Positions 47,861 through 57,609 of a stretch of DNA of 64,000 bases are shown piece after piece. The translations under genes and the position numbers were made by a program. Positions within the stretch are counted from its first letter, which is position 1. The number at the start of each line of letters is the position of its first letter. Source of the DNA: an uncultured delta proteobacterium (GTDB taxonomy: Bacteria; Bdellovibrionota_C; UBA2361; OMII01); assembly GCA_903904735.1 (NCBI GenBank), contig CAIVDM010000191.1:1-64000 (forward strand). Reading direction: 5' to 3'. The notes under the pieces are model-generated. The model was not told where the DNA came from and did no database searches. It saw only the letters and a list, made by a program, of their open reading frames with translations.

Positions 47861-48334
47861 TTAGCTTTTTATGCTCACCTTCTTGGCGCCACGAACTACC
47901 TTCGGTGACTTAGGGACTCGAATGGTGAGGAGTCCGTGTTTCATCTCAGCGAGAGTGTTGTCCTCATCGATCTCAAGAGAGAATGGGATAGAGCGTGAGA
48001 ACGCCCCGAAGGTTCTCTCGAGATTGCGCGCTTCACCTTCCGCGCGCTCGCTGGATGTCTTCTTCTCGCCCGAGAGCGTGAGCGTATTGTCCCGAAGCTC
48101 AATTGATATCTCGCTTACCACGAGTCCCGGAATCTCGCCGGTAACCAGATACTCTCGTTCAGTCTCGTGAACGTCGATATTGGGGCGAAATGACCCCATA
48201 TTTCTCGCCGTTTGAGCCGCTGGCGCCGCTTCCTCGAAGAGACGATTCATTTGGTCAAAGAGTGATAGCATTGGATGCTGGCGCGCACGAACGAGGGTAC
48301 GAGATGGTCTGCTGTTTGAACCTAACATATGCAA
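47861..48334 (-). CDS. Hsp20/alpha-crystallin family small heat-shock protein
   Basis: 'FRPNIDVHETEREYLVTGEIPGLVVSEISIELRDNTLTLSGEKK...AFSRSIPFSLEIDEDNTLAEMKHGLLTIRVPK' is the canonical ACD. Confidence 0.85.
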   Translation of the reverse strand: MHMLGSNSRPSRTLVRARQHPMLSLFDQMNRLFEEAAPAAQTARNMGSFRPNIDVHETEREYLVTGEIPGLVVSEISIELRDNTLTLSGEKKTSSERAEGEARNLERTFGAFSRSIPFSLEIDEDNTLAEMKHGLLTIRVPKSPKVVRGAKKVSIKS

Positions 48335-48408
48335 TCTTCTTGATATGCTTTGTTATAAACGACACAGATCTCTGTCACGCTTTTTAGATAAGCACTATTT
48401 TAGAGATT

Positions 48409-48978
48409 TCAAGCGCCGACGCGGTGACGCAGCTTAACCTGAAGAATCGCGGCTAAGTTGTAGCTGCCGTGGAGTACCGCGACGCAGAAAAGCGAACCCG
48501 AGAGGTAGTAGATGAGCCACATATACATCCCCATGAGCGTATAAAGCGGCATCATTCCACCGAACCGTTTGAAATTCCCGACAAAGTGAATCCCCGCGAA
48601 CAGCACGCTTGAGAGAACGCATGCCACAGGAGGAGATGAGTAGCGAGCAATTGCCCCAGATAGCGCGCCTCTGAAGAAGTATTCCTCACACCAGCCAGAT
48701 AGAATCGCTATGCTGATCGCCGTTGGGATGGAGATCTGCCGACAGAGTGGATCGATAATCTCCCCAGAAAAGCGACTATAAACAGACTCGGGGTAATTAC
48801 GAGTACGTCTCCACAGGTAGTGATTTAGGAGAAGTGGCGCTAGGGCGAGAGTGACGCCGTACGCGGCCATCCTTGCTGAGATGTCCCACCGGACTTCAAT
48901 CGTGAGCGCCCAGACTAGCAGAAAGCCGAAGACGACAAGTAAACCTTCAGAGATGAGAGCCGCGACGAGGATTTTCAT
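48409..48978 (-). CDS. CPBP-family (CAAX/Abi) intramembrane metalloprotease
   Basis: Motifs 'EEYFFRGAL', 'FAGIHF', 'HGSYN'. The start was moved to 'MKILVAAL' to avoid overlap with the upstream gene. Confidence 0.75.
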   Translation of the reverse strand: MKILVAALISEGLLVVFGFLLVWALTIEVRWDISARMAAYGVTLALAPLLLNHYLWRRTRNYPESVYSRFSGEIIDPLCRQISIPTAISIAILSGWCEEYFFRGALSGAIARYSSPPVACVLSSVLFAGIHFVGNFKRFGGMMPLYTLMGMYMWLIYYLSGSLFCVAVLHGSYNLAAILQVKLRHRVGA

Positions 48979-49007
48979 GAAACGTTGGTCTTCGACTGGG
49001 CGCAGAG

Positions 49008-49604
49008 CTACGCTAGGTTTTGATCTAATCCGAGGCATTCGATCAACTTCGTCGCGGCATCCTCGGCGGCCTTCTCAAGGGCATACATGAGCTCTCTGTC
49101 AAAAGCGAAGACTTTGTAATCGCCGTGACGCCCTGTGACCTCGCACTCCTGTACCTTTCCGCGCTGAGAGTAATAGGTACCCGAGAGGGTTACTGAGGCG
49201 ACGGGTCTGCGGAAAAAGATAAAGTCATATGCGTTCACCGAGGCGTCCTTAACCGTGGCTACGAGACGTGGTACCTGCATCCCTTGTGTCGTGGTTGGTT
49301 CAACAAGACCGTAACGGTGTAGGCCTGCCTGAACGGTGAGGTTGTACTTCACAAGCGAGCTTAGGTGAGGGGTGTATACCGCTGAAAATGGGAGTCCAAC
49401 CAGGAGGTACTGATATCCCCTGCGCTCATCGGCATGTGGTGGGGCGAAATAGAAGGGTACCTGAACTTCGGCAGCGGTCACGAGACGACTCACGGAGTCT
49501 GACTCGGGAGTGGCTGGGAGTGAGGTGGAAAAACACCCTGCGATCAGGGGTATACCAAGGATAGCGATCGCAAGGGCCAAGACTCGAAAACGACGTTGTT
49601 GCAT
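49008..49604 (-). CDS. Hypothetical lipoprotein
   Basis: 'LALAIAILGIPLIAGCFS' lipobox-like signal peptide; no other motif. Confidence 0.4.
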   Translation of the reverse strand: MQQRRFRVLALAIAILGIPLIAGCFSTSLPATPESDSVSRLVTAAEVQVPFYFAPPHADERRGYQYLLVGLPFSAVYTPHLSSLVKYNLTVQAGLHRYGLVEPTTTQGMQVPRLVATVKDASVNAYDFIFFRRPVASVTLSGTYYSQRGKVQECEVTGRHGDYKVFAFDRELMYALEKAAEDAATKLIECLGLDQNLA

Positions 49605-49682
49605 GCCAATCCCCTAATTATGAAGTCTCTTCAGTAGCGACTGAAACGGCTGTACCATAGATCACAGGAGAGGGTCCGCATA

Positions 49683-51068
49683 GTGTTTATAATGTCCCTC
49701 GCTGAGGGGCATACAGGGTTCATGGCAGACAAATCCAAGGGACGCGAGAGCTCAGTTAATCTCGGTCTCTCCGAAATTCTGGCGCGCGAAAATGCGCGGT
49801 CGAGCGAGGCACCTGTTACCAGACGGGACGAAACAGCTGTATTCGCGCTTACGGACGGAGACCTCGCCTTTGGCCAAGAGTTTGTCTCGCTTGCCGAGGC
49901 CAGGAAGTGGGGAGTTCTCGTTAGTCGTGCCGAGCAGACTATCGCCAACGCCGACGATCTTGAGGCAAGGCTATGGTGGATTCGAGGGCACTTGGGTGCT
50001 CTGTCGTTGCCGGTTTCTTTGTTAGCGGCTCCTTTTGAAACAGTCTGCAGGCAGCTTAGAGTTGACGATGCTACTGGAGTTTATCGAAATCTAATTGTGG
50101 AGATCGGTCAGATCATGCTGACGAGGCTCCGGGATGTAGGTGATGCTCGCCAAGCTCAGAGAGTCCGTGATGGCCTCGTAGCGCTAGGTTTGAGCTCTTA
50201 TGTATCGCCCGCTTGCGACGGAGTAGAGAGGCGAGATGGTGCTCCTCCTTCTGCGCCCGTATTTTCAAAGCCGCCTCAGTTGGAGCCGAGCCGTCAACCG
50301 CAACTCACAGAGTCCTCGCAGCCGCGACGCCGGCTGCCTCGGGGTCCTCTGCTGAGTGGGGTTGTGGCGTTGGTGATGCTTTTCGCGATCTTTGGTTTTG
50401 GCCTGTTGTCGGATGGTAGCGTATTTCTGGCGTCTGACAGATTAGTCTCGCAGTCATCGGAGCAGAGCCAAGAGCTGCCGTTAGTGAAGGCTCTCGAGGT
50501 TTCTGGGAGTTTAGGCGCACTCTATTATTCTCTCTCAACTGAAAAAGTGGATTCGACGTTTAATCCGCCCGGTGAGCAGCCGGATTCGACCACGACAGCG
50601 ACACCAGCTACCACTGGCGCGATTGGGAGTCCTAGCGCGATCAAAAGCAAAGCGCGGTCAAAACCTAAGGAACCCGTCAGGACTGATGGCCCCCTTGAGA
50701 CTCCTGAGCTTATGCGACCTCCAGAGGTGTCGCGACCGGGCGAGCCTCGCCTTCCGCCGCCCGAGCTTGCATTGCGAGGTGATGGTACGGGGGTAAAGCA
50801 AGGGGACTATCGGTCGAATTTTCCTGACGGAGTCGCCGCGGATAGCGAGGGAGTGAAAGTGGTCCTCGTCAGAACGCATGTGCTAGTCACAGGTAGTCAT
50901 CACGCCCGAGTCCTGTCTATTTTAGAAGCAGGCGACCGAGTGCAGGTTGAGGGAACCTTTGGTCGATGGTTGCGAATTCGTTCAAGGAAGGGAAAGGTCG
51001 GCTATGTGTTTGCCGCGGACGTAGGCGACGTCGAGGACTTTACGAGTCCCGCCAAAGAGGGACAGTAG
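49683..51068 (+). CDS. Hypothetical membrane-anchored protein with Pro-rich linker and C-terminal bacterial SH3 (SH3_3) domain
   Basis: TM 'LLSGVVALVMLFAIFGFGLL'. Pro-rich 'RPPEVSRPGEPRLPPPELA'. SH3b-like 'ARVLSILEAGDRVQVEGTFGRWLRIRSRKGKVGYVFAADV'. Confidence 0.45.
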   Translation: MFIMSLAEGHTGFMADKSKGRESSVNLGLSEILARENARSSEAPVTRRDETAVFALTDGDLAFGQEFVSLAEARKWGVLVSRAEQTIANADDLEARLWWIRGHLGALSLPVSLLAAPFETVCRQLRVDDATGVYRNLIVEIGQIMLTRLRDVGDARQAQRVRDGLVALGLSSYVSPACDGVERRDGAPPSAPVFSKPPQLEPSRQPQLTESSQPRRRLPRGPLLSGVVALVMLFAIFGFGLLSDGSVFLASDRLVSQSSEQSQELPLVKALEVSGSLGALYYSLSTEKVDSTFNPPGEQPDSTTTATPATTGAIGSPSAIKSKARSKPKEPVRTDGPLETPELMRPPEVSRPGEPRLPPPELALRGDGTGVKQGDYRSNFPDGVAADSEGVKVVLVRTHVLVTGSHHARVLSILEAGDRVQVEGTFGRWLRIRSRKGKVGYVFAADVGDVEDFTSPAKEGQ

Positions 51069-51144
51069 CGCCGAGCGCGCATAAAAAAAACACCTCGCGG
51101 TAGCGAGACCGCGAGGTGTTTCTCAGTCGGATGATAGGAGAGGA

Positions 51145-51456
51145 CTACTCTTCGGTCTCATCCAAGGAGGACTCATCATCCTCAGACGAGCTCGTAGCGT
51201 CGTCGGTATCACTCTCATCAGCTGACGTTTCCGTCACTGTTCGAAGAACCTTCGAAGCTTGGAGACCCTTAGGTCCTTCCTTGAGCTCGTACTCTACAGT
51301 CTCGCCATCCTTGAGAGTCTTGAAACCCTCTGATGCGATAACAGAATAGTGTACGAACACATCGCGACCGCTGGTGTGCTCGATGAAGCCAAAACCTTTG
51401 GCGTCATTGAACCACTTTACTACCCCTTTCAGTGTGCTGGACTCAGACTCAGACAT
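51145..51456 (-). CDS. Cold-shock domain protein (CspA family) with an acidic C-terminal tail
   Basis: '[31 protein letters not shown]' (RNP1/RNP2). Followed by '[26 protein letters not shown]'. The start was chosen at 'MSESESS' behind the RBS 'gggag'. Confidence 0.85.
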   Translation of the reverse strand: MSESESSTLKGVVKWFNDAKGFGFIEHTSGRDVFVHYSVIASEGFKTLKDGETVEYELKEGPKGLQASKVLRTVTETSADESDTDDATSSSEDDESSLDETEE

Positions 51457-51931
51457 AACTACTGGCTCCCGTAAAAAAACCACGGTATTGAAAACCTACC
51501 ATATTCAAATCAGGTTACAAGACCGCTCATCATTGAGTGGCTCGATCACCATGCATTTTGAGATTCGTAAAACGGGTGAAGGGTTCCAGATTTTTTTGAT
51601 GCGGATGCCCAGGATTGTGGAAATGCCCGAGAGCTGTTGGACCACAAGGCAGTATCAATGGGCATAACCACCCTAATAGACTCACAATACCTCAGCACGC
51701 CCGCTGCCACGAGGGGGGCCGTTGTGGGACAAGAATGGAACGCTTTCCAGCATACGTCGCCGCAGCACTGGATTTAGGTTCACGTTCTATCCGCGAGCGG
51801 CTCTGAGCGCGGGCTTGAATGGATAGGAGGCGAGAAGCTGCGTTGATAAGTCCCCGTTTTTGTTGGTACTATCCGCTGACGGATGTTTCGTCGACATGGC
51901 GCATAGTCCCGCCAAGTCTGGTATATAGTAG

Positions 51932-53410
51932 GTGTTAGAGGATCGCGGAGCCTTGTCCATGGATGTTACGCAGGCGTTGTTACATAGTCTCCCTGAGCCT
52001 CACATTGTGTTGGCGAGAGACCTATCCTGTATCGCGGTCAATCGACCGTTCTTAGACCTTTTGCACATTAGCTCTGAATTTTTACTTGGCAAGTCCATAG
52101 GTTCGGTTTGGCCGAGCGCCTCCAGGGTGTGCGCGGCCTCAGGCGAGCATACTGTAGAATTGCGGTCTGAGGATGGGCGTTTAGTCACAGCGAGAGTAGC
52201 GTGCTTGGTGGGTGAGGTCATCGTTGTGCGGGTGGTCGCGAGCATCTCGCAAGGAGAGTCAGCGCAGATTCACCACAAGCAGCGGATCGAGACTCTGGGA
52301 GTTTTGGCGGGTGGGATAGCGCATGATTTTAATAATATTCTGACTGGAATTCTCGGACATGTCGCCTACATGAAGCACGTCCTTCCAGACGTCCCACAGG
52401 CGCTCGAGTCGCTTAACGCGATCGAGGAGGGAGCGCTACGCGCGTCTACGTTGACACAGCAGATCCTCAAGTTTTCGAAACTCGACTCACATGAGCAATC
52501 CGCCCCGGTGGATGTGAGCGATTTGGTTCCGAGGATCGCCAGCATTCTAAAGAGCGCCATTCCATCGCAGGTTTCTTTGCGAGTGCTCCCGAGTCGTGGC
52601 GAGTTCCAGGTTCTCGCCTCTGAGGCTCATGTGACACAAATTTTGATTAACCTGATTATCAACGCGAGAGACGCATTGGTTGATTCCAGGGGGCTCATCG
52701 AAGTTTTACTCGATTACGAGTGTGCTGCCGAAGAGGTGGCGCGATTGTTCGGGGTAGAGCCCGCGGCTTCGCGATATGGCGCTATCGTTGTCTCAGATGA
52801 CGGCATGGGCATGAGTGATGAGGTGAAATCACGGTTGTTTGAGCCCTATTTTACGACAAAAAACGCCGCCGGGACTGGTCTTGGGTTATCAACGGTACAT
52901 TCGATAGTAAAGGAACTCGGTGGCGCGATTGAGGTGCGATCGCAGCCGGGTAATGGCTGTTCTTTCCGGGTTGTGTTGCCGCTTGTCGATGATGCCCCGG
53001 GCGCGAGTCCAGAGGAGGATGGTCGAGGGCTCCAGCGTGGACGAGGCGAGCGCGTCTTAGTCATCGACGATGAGTACGCCGTGCGCAATGTTCTTGGGCT
53101 AAGTCTCTCTCACCTCGGGTATGAGGTTGAGACCGCGGCGTCAGGCTTGGAGGGCGTGCAGAAGTTTGAGCAAGATCCTGAGGGCTTTCGGCTCGTGATC
53201 CTCGACTTGCTCATGCCTGGTTTATCTGGCGAGGAAGTATTTAACCGACTTCGGGCGTTGCGACCGTCGGTAGCGGTCTTGATTGTGAGCGGATTTAGCT
53301 CGGAGCATGTGGTCCAACGCATTCTTGAGGATGGGGGAAGAGACTTCATTCAGAAGCCGTTTTCGATGGAAGTTTTATCGGAAAAAGTAAGAGGATGTAT
53401 TCGTGATTAA
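51932..53410 (+). CDS. Hybrid sensor histidine kinase/response regulator (PAS-HisKA-HATPase-REC)
   Basis: H-box 'GGIAHDFNNILTGILGHVAYM'. G-box 'DDGMGMSDEVKSRLFEPYFTTK ... GTGLGLS'. Receiver 'VLVIDDEYAVRNVL ... LVILDLLMPGLSGEEV'. Confidence 0.85.
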   Translation: MLEDRGALSMDVTQALLHSLPEPHIVLARDLSCIAVNRPFLDLLHISSEFLLGKSIGSVWPSASRVCAASGEHTVELRSEDGRLVTARVACLVGEVIVVRVVASISQGESAQIHHKQRIETLGVLAGGIAHDFNNILTGILGHVAYMKHVLPDVPQALESLNAIEEGALRASTLTQQILKFSKLDSHEQSAPVDVSDLVPRIASILKSAIPSQVSLRVLPSRGEFQVLASEAHVTQILINLIINARDALVDSRGLIEVLLDYECAAEEVARLFGVEPAASRYGAIVVSDDGMGMSDEVKSRLFEPYFTTKNAAGTGLGLSTVHSIVKELGGAIEVRSQPGNGCSFRVVLPLVDDAPGASPEEDGRGLQRGRGERVLVIDDEYAVRNVLGLSLSHLGYEVETAASGLEGVQKFEQDPEGFRLVILDLLMPGLSGEEVFNRLRALRPSVAVLIVSGFSSEHVVQRILEDGGRDFIQKPFSMEVLSEKVRGCIRD

Positions 53411-54425
53411 GTCTTATTCGGTTCGCCATATTAACGTCTCTCCTGGTCTTGTGCTTTCGCCGATGAGTGGTGTCACGACGCGACCGTTTCGACGCCTTAT
53501 TAAAGAGTATAACCCCGGCGCCGTTGGCCTATTGGTGAGCGAGTTCGTGTCAGTTGAGGGGATGACTCGTGGCTCCCGCAGAACTCTTGAAATGATGAGG
53601 TTCTCTGAGGAGGAACGTCCGTACTGTGTGCAAATCTTCGGCTATGACGTTGATCGGATGAGAGACGCCGCCTTGATGGTGCAGGATATTGGCGCTGACA
53701 TGGTGGACATTAACTGTGGCTGCCCAGCTCCTAAGGTCGTGAAACGTGGGGGCGGTTGTGAGTTGATGCGACAACCGGATCACCTGCGCCAAATCATACG
53801 GGAAGTGAGGAGAGCTGTATCGATTCCGCTTACGCTCAAGATTCGAGCTGGGTGGGATGAATCATCACGAAACGCCATCGATGTCGCTAAGATGGCTGAA
53901 TCAGAGGGGATCGAGGCTTTGGCGATCCACGGGCGCACGCGCGCCCAGTTATACCGAGGTCTCGCCGATTGGTCCTTAGTAAAGGAAGTGGCGGAACACC
54001 TCTCGATACCCGTTTTGGGTTCAGGCGATGTGATCGACGGAGCTACGGCGGAGGAGCGCCTGCAAGGCAAAGTCGCGGGGCTATTTATCGGCAGGGCGAG
54101 CATTTGGAACCCGCTTGTGTTTCGAGAGATTGTCTCCGGTGAGCGAGACACGTTGCGTAACAACCACGCTAAAATGCTCGAGATGTTATTTCGATATGTG
54201 GACCTTCTGCGAGAGGATTTTCACGATAGTTCGTGCGCTGGCAAGCTAAAACAGCTAGCCTCTCAGATGTGTCGCGGCGCTATCTGGCGCAAGCCCCTTT
54301 TAACGCTCAACACGCTCGCGGAACAGATCGATTTGCTGCGACGCGTCCGCGACGGGGCTTTCCTCCCTAGCCAGGAGAGTTTAGAGCAGGAGCGTGAGGC
54401 GACAGATGAAGGTATCGCCGCGTGA
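53403..54425 (+). CDS. dusB: tRNA-dihydrouridine synthase (DusB-like)
   Basis: 'LSPMSGVTTRPFRRL', 'VQIFGYD', 'VDINCGCPAPKVVKRGGGCELMRQP' (catalytic Cys), TIM-barrel FMN-binding. Confidence 0.85.
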   Translation: MIKSYSVRHINVSPGLVLSPMSGVTTRPFRRLIKEYNPGAVGLLVSEFVSVEGMTRGSRRTLEMMRFSEEERPYCVQIFGYDVDRMRDAALMVQDIGADMVDINCGCPAPKVVKRGGGCELMRQPDHLRQIIREVRRAVSIPLTLKIRAGWDESSRNAIDVAKMAESEGIEALAIHGRTRAQLYRGLADWSLVKEVAEHLSIPVLGSGDVIDGATAEERLQGKVAGLFIGRASIWNPLVFREIVSGERDTLRNNHAKMLEMLFRYVDLLREDFHDSSCAGKLKQLASQMCRGAIWRKPLLTLNTLAEQIDLLRRVRDGAFLPSQESLEQEREATDEGIAA

Positions 54426-54474
54426 AGAGATGGCAGCGGCGATACGCGTCGCGAAAAGAGGATAATTTAGCTCA

Positions 54475-55236
54475 GTGTTGAAAGTTACAGGACTCACGCG
54501 TTCGTTTGGTGATATATCGGTGCTTCGTGACGTGAGCTTTGCTCTCAAGCCATCATCAATCAACGGTCTGATTGGCCCTAGTGGCGGGGGCAAGAGTGTT
54601 CTTTTTAAGATTATCGCCGACACCTGCCGAGCGGACCGAGGTTGGGTTACTTTTCCGCAAGGTTGTGGGGTTCGAGACGTAGGCTTGATGTTTCAGGAGG
54701 GGGCGCTTTTTGATTCTCTCTCCGTGTACGATAATGTCGCTTTTCCTCTGGTGGGAGGCAGGGTGCCAACAAACGCTCTGCCCCGAGAGCAGCGAGAGGA
54801 TGTCTGCGCGAAAGTGAGCGATATTTTAGCCCGCGTAGGTTTGACCAGGGCGGCTTACAAAATGTCTGGGCAGTTGAGCGGTGGTATGAGACGAAGAGTC
54901 TCGTTGGCGAGGGCGCTTGTGGCTCGACCAAAGATATTACTTTTGGACGACCCGACGAGTGGCCTCGATCCTGTCGCAAGTAGTGTGATTATGGATCTGA
55001 TTGTGGATCTCCATCAAGAATACAAGCCAACCACGTTCTTGGTCAGTCACGATTTGCGGCGACTGCTGCCAGTGGTTGAGAGAATTTTAGCGTTGTTCGA
55101 TGGTACGATCGTATTTGACGGCAGCTTGCAGGATTTGACCCAGAACGCGCCCGCGTTCGTGAGGAGTTTTGTTTCCTGTCGGTTTGATTTGAGTCAGCCG
55201 ACTGGCGCGTCGATAGTGCCACCATTGGTTTCGTAG
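54475..55236 (+). CDS. ABC transporter ATP-binding protein (MlaF/Mkl-like), no permease gene adjacent
   Basis: Walker A 'GLIGPSGGGKSVLF'. Signature 'LSGGMRRRVSLARAL'. Walker B 'LLLDDPTSGLDP'. Confidence 0.8.
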   Translation: MLKVTGLTRSFGDISVLRDVSFALKPSSINGLIGPSGGGKSVLFKIIADTCRADRGWVTFPQGCGVRDVGLMFQEGALFDSLSVYDNVAFPLVGGRVPTNALPREQREDVCAKVSDILARVGLTRAAYKMSGQLSGGMRRRVSLARALVARPKILLLDDPTSGLDPVASSVIMDLIVDLHQEYKPTTFLVSHDLRRLLPVVERILALFDGTIVFDGSLQDLTQNAPAFVRSFVSCRFDLSQPTGASIVPPLVS

Positions 55237-55247
55237 GATGTAACGGT

Positions 55248-56081
55248 ATGATGAAGTTCAAGTCAATTCGAGAATCGCGGGAACGATTTCTCTCAGGAAT
55301 ACGAATTCCAGAGAAGAGCGAGTTTGTGGTCGATGACTTTCAAAGAGAAGCGATCGATAATCTGCTTAACGGTATCGATACGCTCGTTGTGGCGCCGACA
55401 GGTTCGGGCAAAACCTTTATCGCGACAGAAGCGATGAAGGGGTTGTTAGAGCAAGGCAAGCGGTCCATTTATACAACACCGCTCAAAGCGCTCTCGAACA
55501 CCAAGTACTCCGAATTTCAGCAGACGTTCGGCTCTAAATACTCGGTCGGCCTTCTTACCGGCGACCGAAAAATTGAGGGTAGTTCAGATGTCGTAATCGC
55601 GACTACGGAGATATATCGAAATGAGCTATATCGCGGTGAGGGACGTTACGGTCTCGTGATCCTCGACGAAGTTCACTATATCGCCGACCCTCAACGCGGA
55701 GCCGTGTGGGAAGAGAGTATTATTCTGACGCCGCACACGTCCACCTTGCTGATGTTGTCAGCCTCTATCTCGAACGCGGAGGAGATCGCGGCTTGGATTG
55801 AGGAGACCAGAAATAAAGAGTGTCGGATCGTGATGAAGACCCACCGCCCAGTGGAGCTGCGCCTCGGCTTCATGCACCCGCGTTATGGAGTGATCCCCCT
55901 TGCCGACGACAAAGGGCATCTGTCGCCTGAGGTAGCCCATTATTACGGATCTTCGCAACTCGATGACACGGGAATGAAGATGCGCGGTGGCGGGCGTGAT
56001 AGAGACAGTAGAGGCGGAAGGGGCCGCGCTCGAGGTAGAGCGGAGAGCGGCCGAGGTTCTCGTGGTCGGGGGAGAAGGTAG
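55248..56081 (+). CDS. Ski2-like (HelY/Lhr-type) DEVH-box helicase, N-terminal RecA1 domain half, ending in an RG-rich tail
   Basis: Motif I 'VVAPTGSGKTFIA'. Motif II 'VILDEVHYI'. Motif III 'MLSASISN'. 'THRPVELRLGF' (the RPVPL-like element of Ski2 helicases). Then 'RGGGRDRDSRGGRGRARGRAESGRGSRGRGRR*'. Confidence 0.7.
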   Translation: MMKFKSIRESRERFLSGIRIPEKSEFVVDDFQREAIDNLLNGIDTLVVAPTGSGKTFIATEAMKGLLEQGKRSIYTTPLKALSNTKYSEFQQTFGSKYSVGLLTGDRKIEGSSDVVIATTEIYRNELYRGEGRYGLVILDEVHYIADPQRGAVWEESIILTPHTSTLLMLSASISNAEEIAAWIEETRNKECRIVMKTHRPVELRLGFMHPRYGVIPLADDKGHLSPEVAHYYGSSQLDDTGMKMRGGGRDRDSRGGRGRARGRAESGRGSRGRGRR

Positions 56082-56083
56082 TC

Positions 56084-57499
56084 ATGAACGGAGAGTTTCC
56101 AGTCCATATTATTCTGAGAGAGTTGGAGCGGGATGATTTGTTGCCCGCGATCTTGTTCCGCACGGCTCGAAAGCAGTGCGACTCAGATGTCGAAAGCTTG
56201 TGTCGCAACGACCAAACGCTTTTGCCGGTCGATCAACAGAGTCGAATCGAGGCGGAAGTTAATAACGTTATCGCTAAGTACGGCTTTGAGCCGTCATTTA
56301 TCACTACGTATCCGCAGTATGAGGCTTTAATCAAGACCGGAGTAGGAGCGCATCATGCTGGTCAGTTGCTAATCTGGCGATTGTTGCTAGAGGAGCTTAT
56401 GTCGCGCAGCTTACTTCGCCTGATGGTAGCTACCGGGACGGTGGCCGCCGGGGTGGATTTTCCGGCTCGCACGGCGGTGATAACGGCACATAGCAAGCGC
56501 GGCTCAGATGGGTTTAGTGTCCTGTCATCAGCGGAGTTTCAGCAGATGGCCGGCCGGGCTGGTCGTCGTGGTAAGGATGCCGTTGGTGTGTGTGTAATCA
56601 CGCCGAGTAAGTTCTCGGACGCTCGGGTGCTACTCGAGGTGTCGAAGCGACCACCGGAGCCGCTGCGTTCTTCCTACTTCGCGAGCCCTTCGACTGTTCT
56701 TAATCTTCTAAAGTATCGGAATGTTGATGATCTTGAGTACACGGTCGAGAGAAGCCTCGGATCGTTCTTGGATCGAAATTCAGCGAGCAAACTCCGAGAG
56801 CAGGCGCTCAACGAGCAGTCGGAGATTGAGAGCGACTCTGATCTAAAGGGTGAAAAGAGAAAAAAAGCCGAGAAGCGTGTGAGGCGCACGTTGCGGGAGG
56901 CTGATGAGCTTGAGAAGAAGCAGGAGACAGCTCTCGCGGTTTCGCTCGATGGATTACGCAAGCTCGGGTATGTTGAAGGTGGAAGCCTGACAGAAAAGGG
57001 AAGCTGGGCAGCGGAGCTGTGCACCAGCCTAGTGCTTGAATTGGGTGAGATGATAGCCGAGGGACTCGTCGATGACTCTCCGGTGTATGAATTGGTGGGT
57101 CTCATCGCTAGCATATCGGGGGATCCCCACCGCTCGTATTTTCGTCTGAAAGAGAATCCAATCCGCGCAGAGCAGTTCCGACGCATGGAGCAAGTGGTCG
57201 AGAGAGTGAGGGCGGCTTACCAAGGAGCAGGCGCGTCGCAAGTAGCGGTGCTACCAGACGCCGCATTGACCGTAATGACCTGGATGGATTCAGAGACGTG
57301 GGGGGAGTTTTCGGGATTACTTCGGCTTTCTGGGGTGGCGGACGGTGATGTCGCGCGCCTTGTAGGACAGACCGCGGACCATCTGAATCAAATTTCGCGC
57401 CTTGAAAAGACCCACCCAGTGCTAGCTCAGACCGCGCGAGTGGCGAGAGGTAGACTGCTGCGGCCGCCATTCTCCGAGAGTCTCGTAACCGTTGAGTAG
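56084..57499 (+). CDS. Ski2-like helicase, C-terminal half (RecA2 + downstream domains), in a different frame from the N-terminal half
   Basis: 'LLPAILFRTARKQCD' (motif IV region), 'GVGAHHAGQ', motif V 'VATGTVAAGVDFPART', motif VI 'QMAGRAGRRGKD'. The start is 2 nt after the upstream stop, frame shifted by +2. Confidence 0.7.
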   Translation: MNGEFPVHIILRELERDDLLPAILFRTARKQCDSDVESLCRNDQTLLPVDQQSRIEAEVNNVIAKYGFEPSFITTYPQYEALIKTGVGAHHAGQLLIWRLLLEELMSRSLLRLMVATGTVAAGVDFPARTAVITAHSKRGSDGFSVLSSAEFQQMAGRAGRRGKDAVGVCVITPSKFSDARVLLEVSKRPPEPLRSSYFASPSTVLNLLKYRNVDDLEYTVERSLGSFLDRNSASKLREQALNEQSEIESDSDLKGEKRKKAEKRVRRTLREADELEKKQETALAVSLDGLRKLGYVEGGSLTEKGSWAAELCTSLVLELGEMIAEGLVDDSPVYELVGLIASISGDPHRSYFRLKENPIRAEQFRRMEQVVERVRAAYQGAGASQVAVLPDAALTVMTWMDSETWGEFSGLLRLSGVADGDVARLVGQTADHLNQISRLEKTHPVLAQTARVARGRLLRPPFSESLVTVE

Positions 57500-57609
57500 G
57501 GGGTAGTCCCTGTTGGTGGGGTTTGCCACGCAAAGTGCACACTTCTGGGCGCGATTTGCTCGATTTTCTCTGGCGAGCACGGCTCTAAGTGCGGTAAAAC
57601 ATAGGTGTT

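Noticed and set aside
56674-57542. 170- and 144-aa minus-strand ORFs inside the helicase C-terminal half
   Set aside because: Antisense to a helicase ORF carrying clear motifs IV-VI; Ser/Arg-rich noise.
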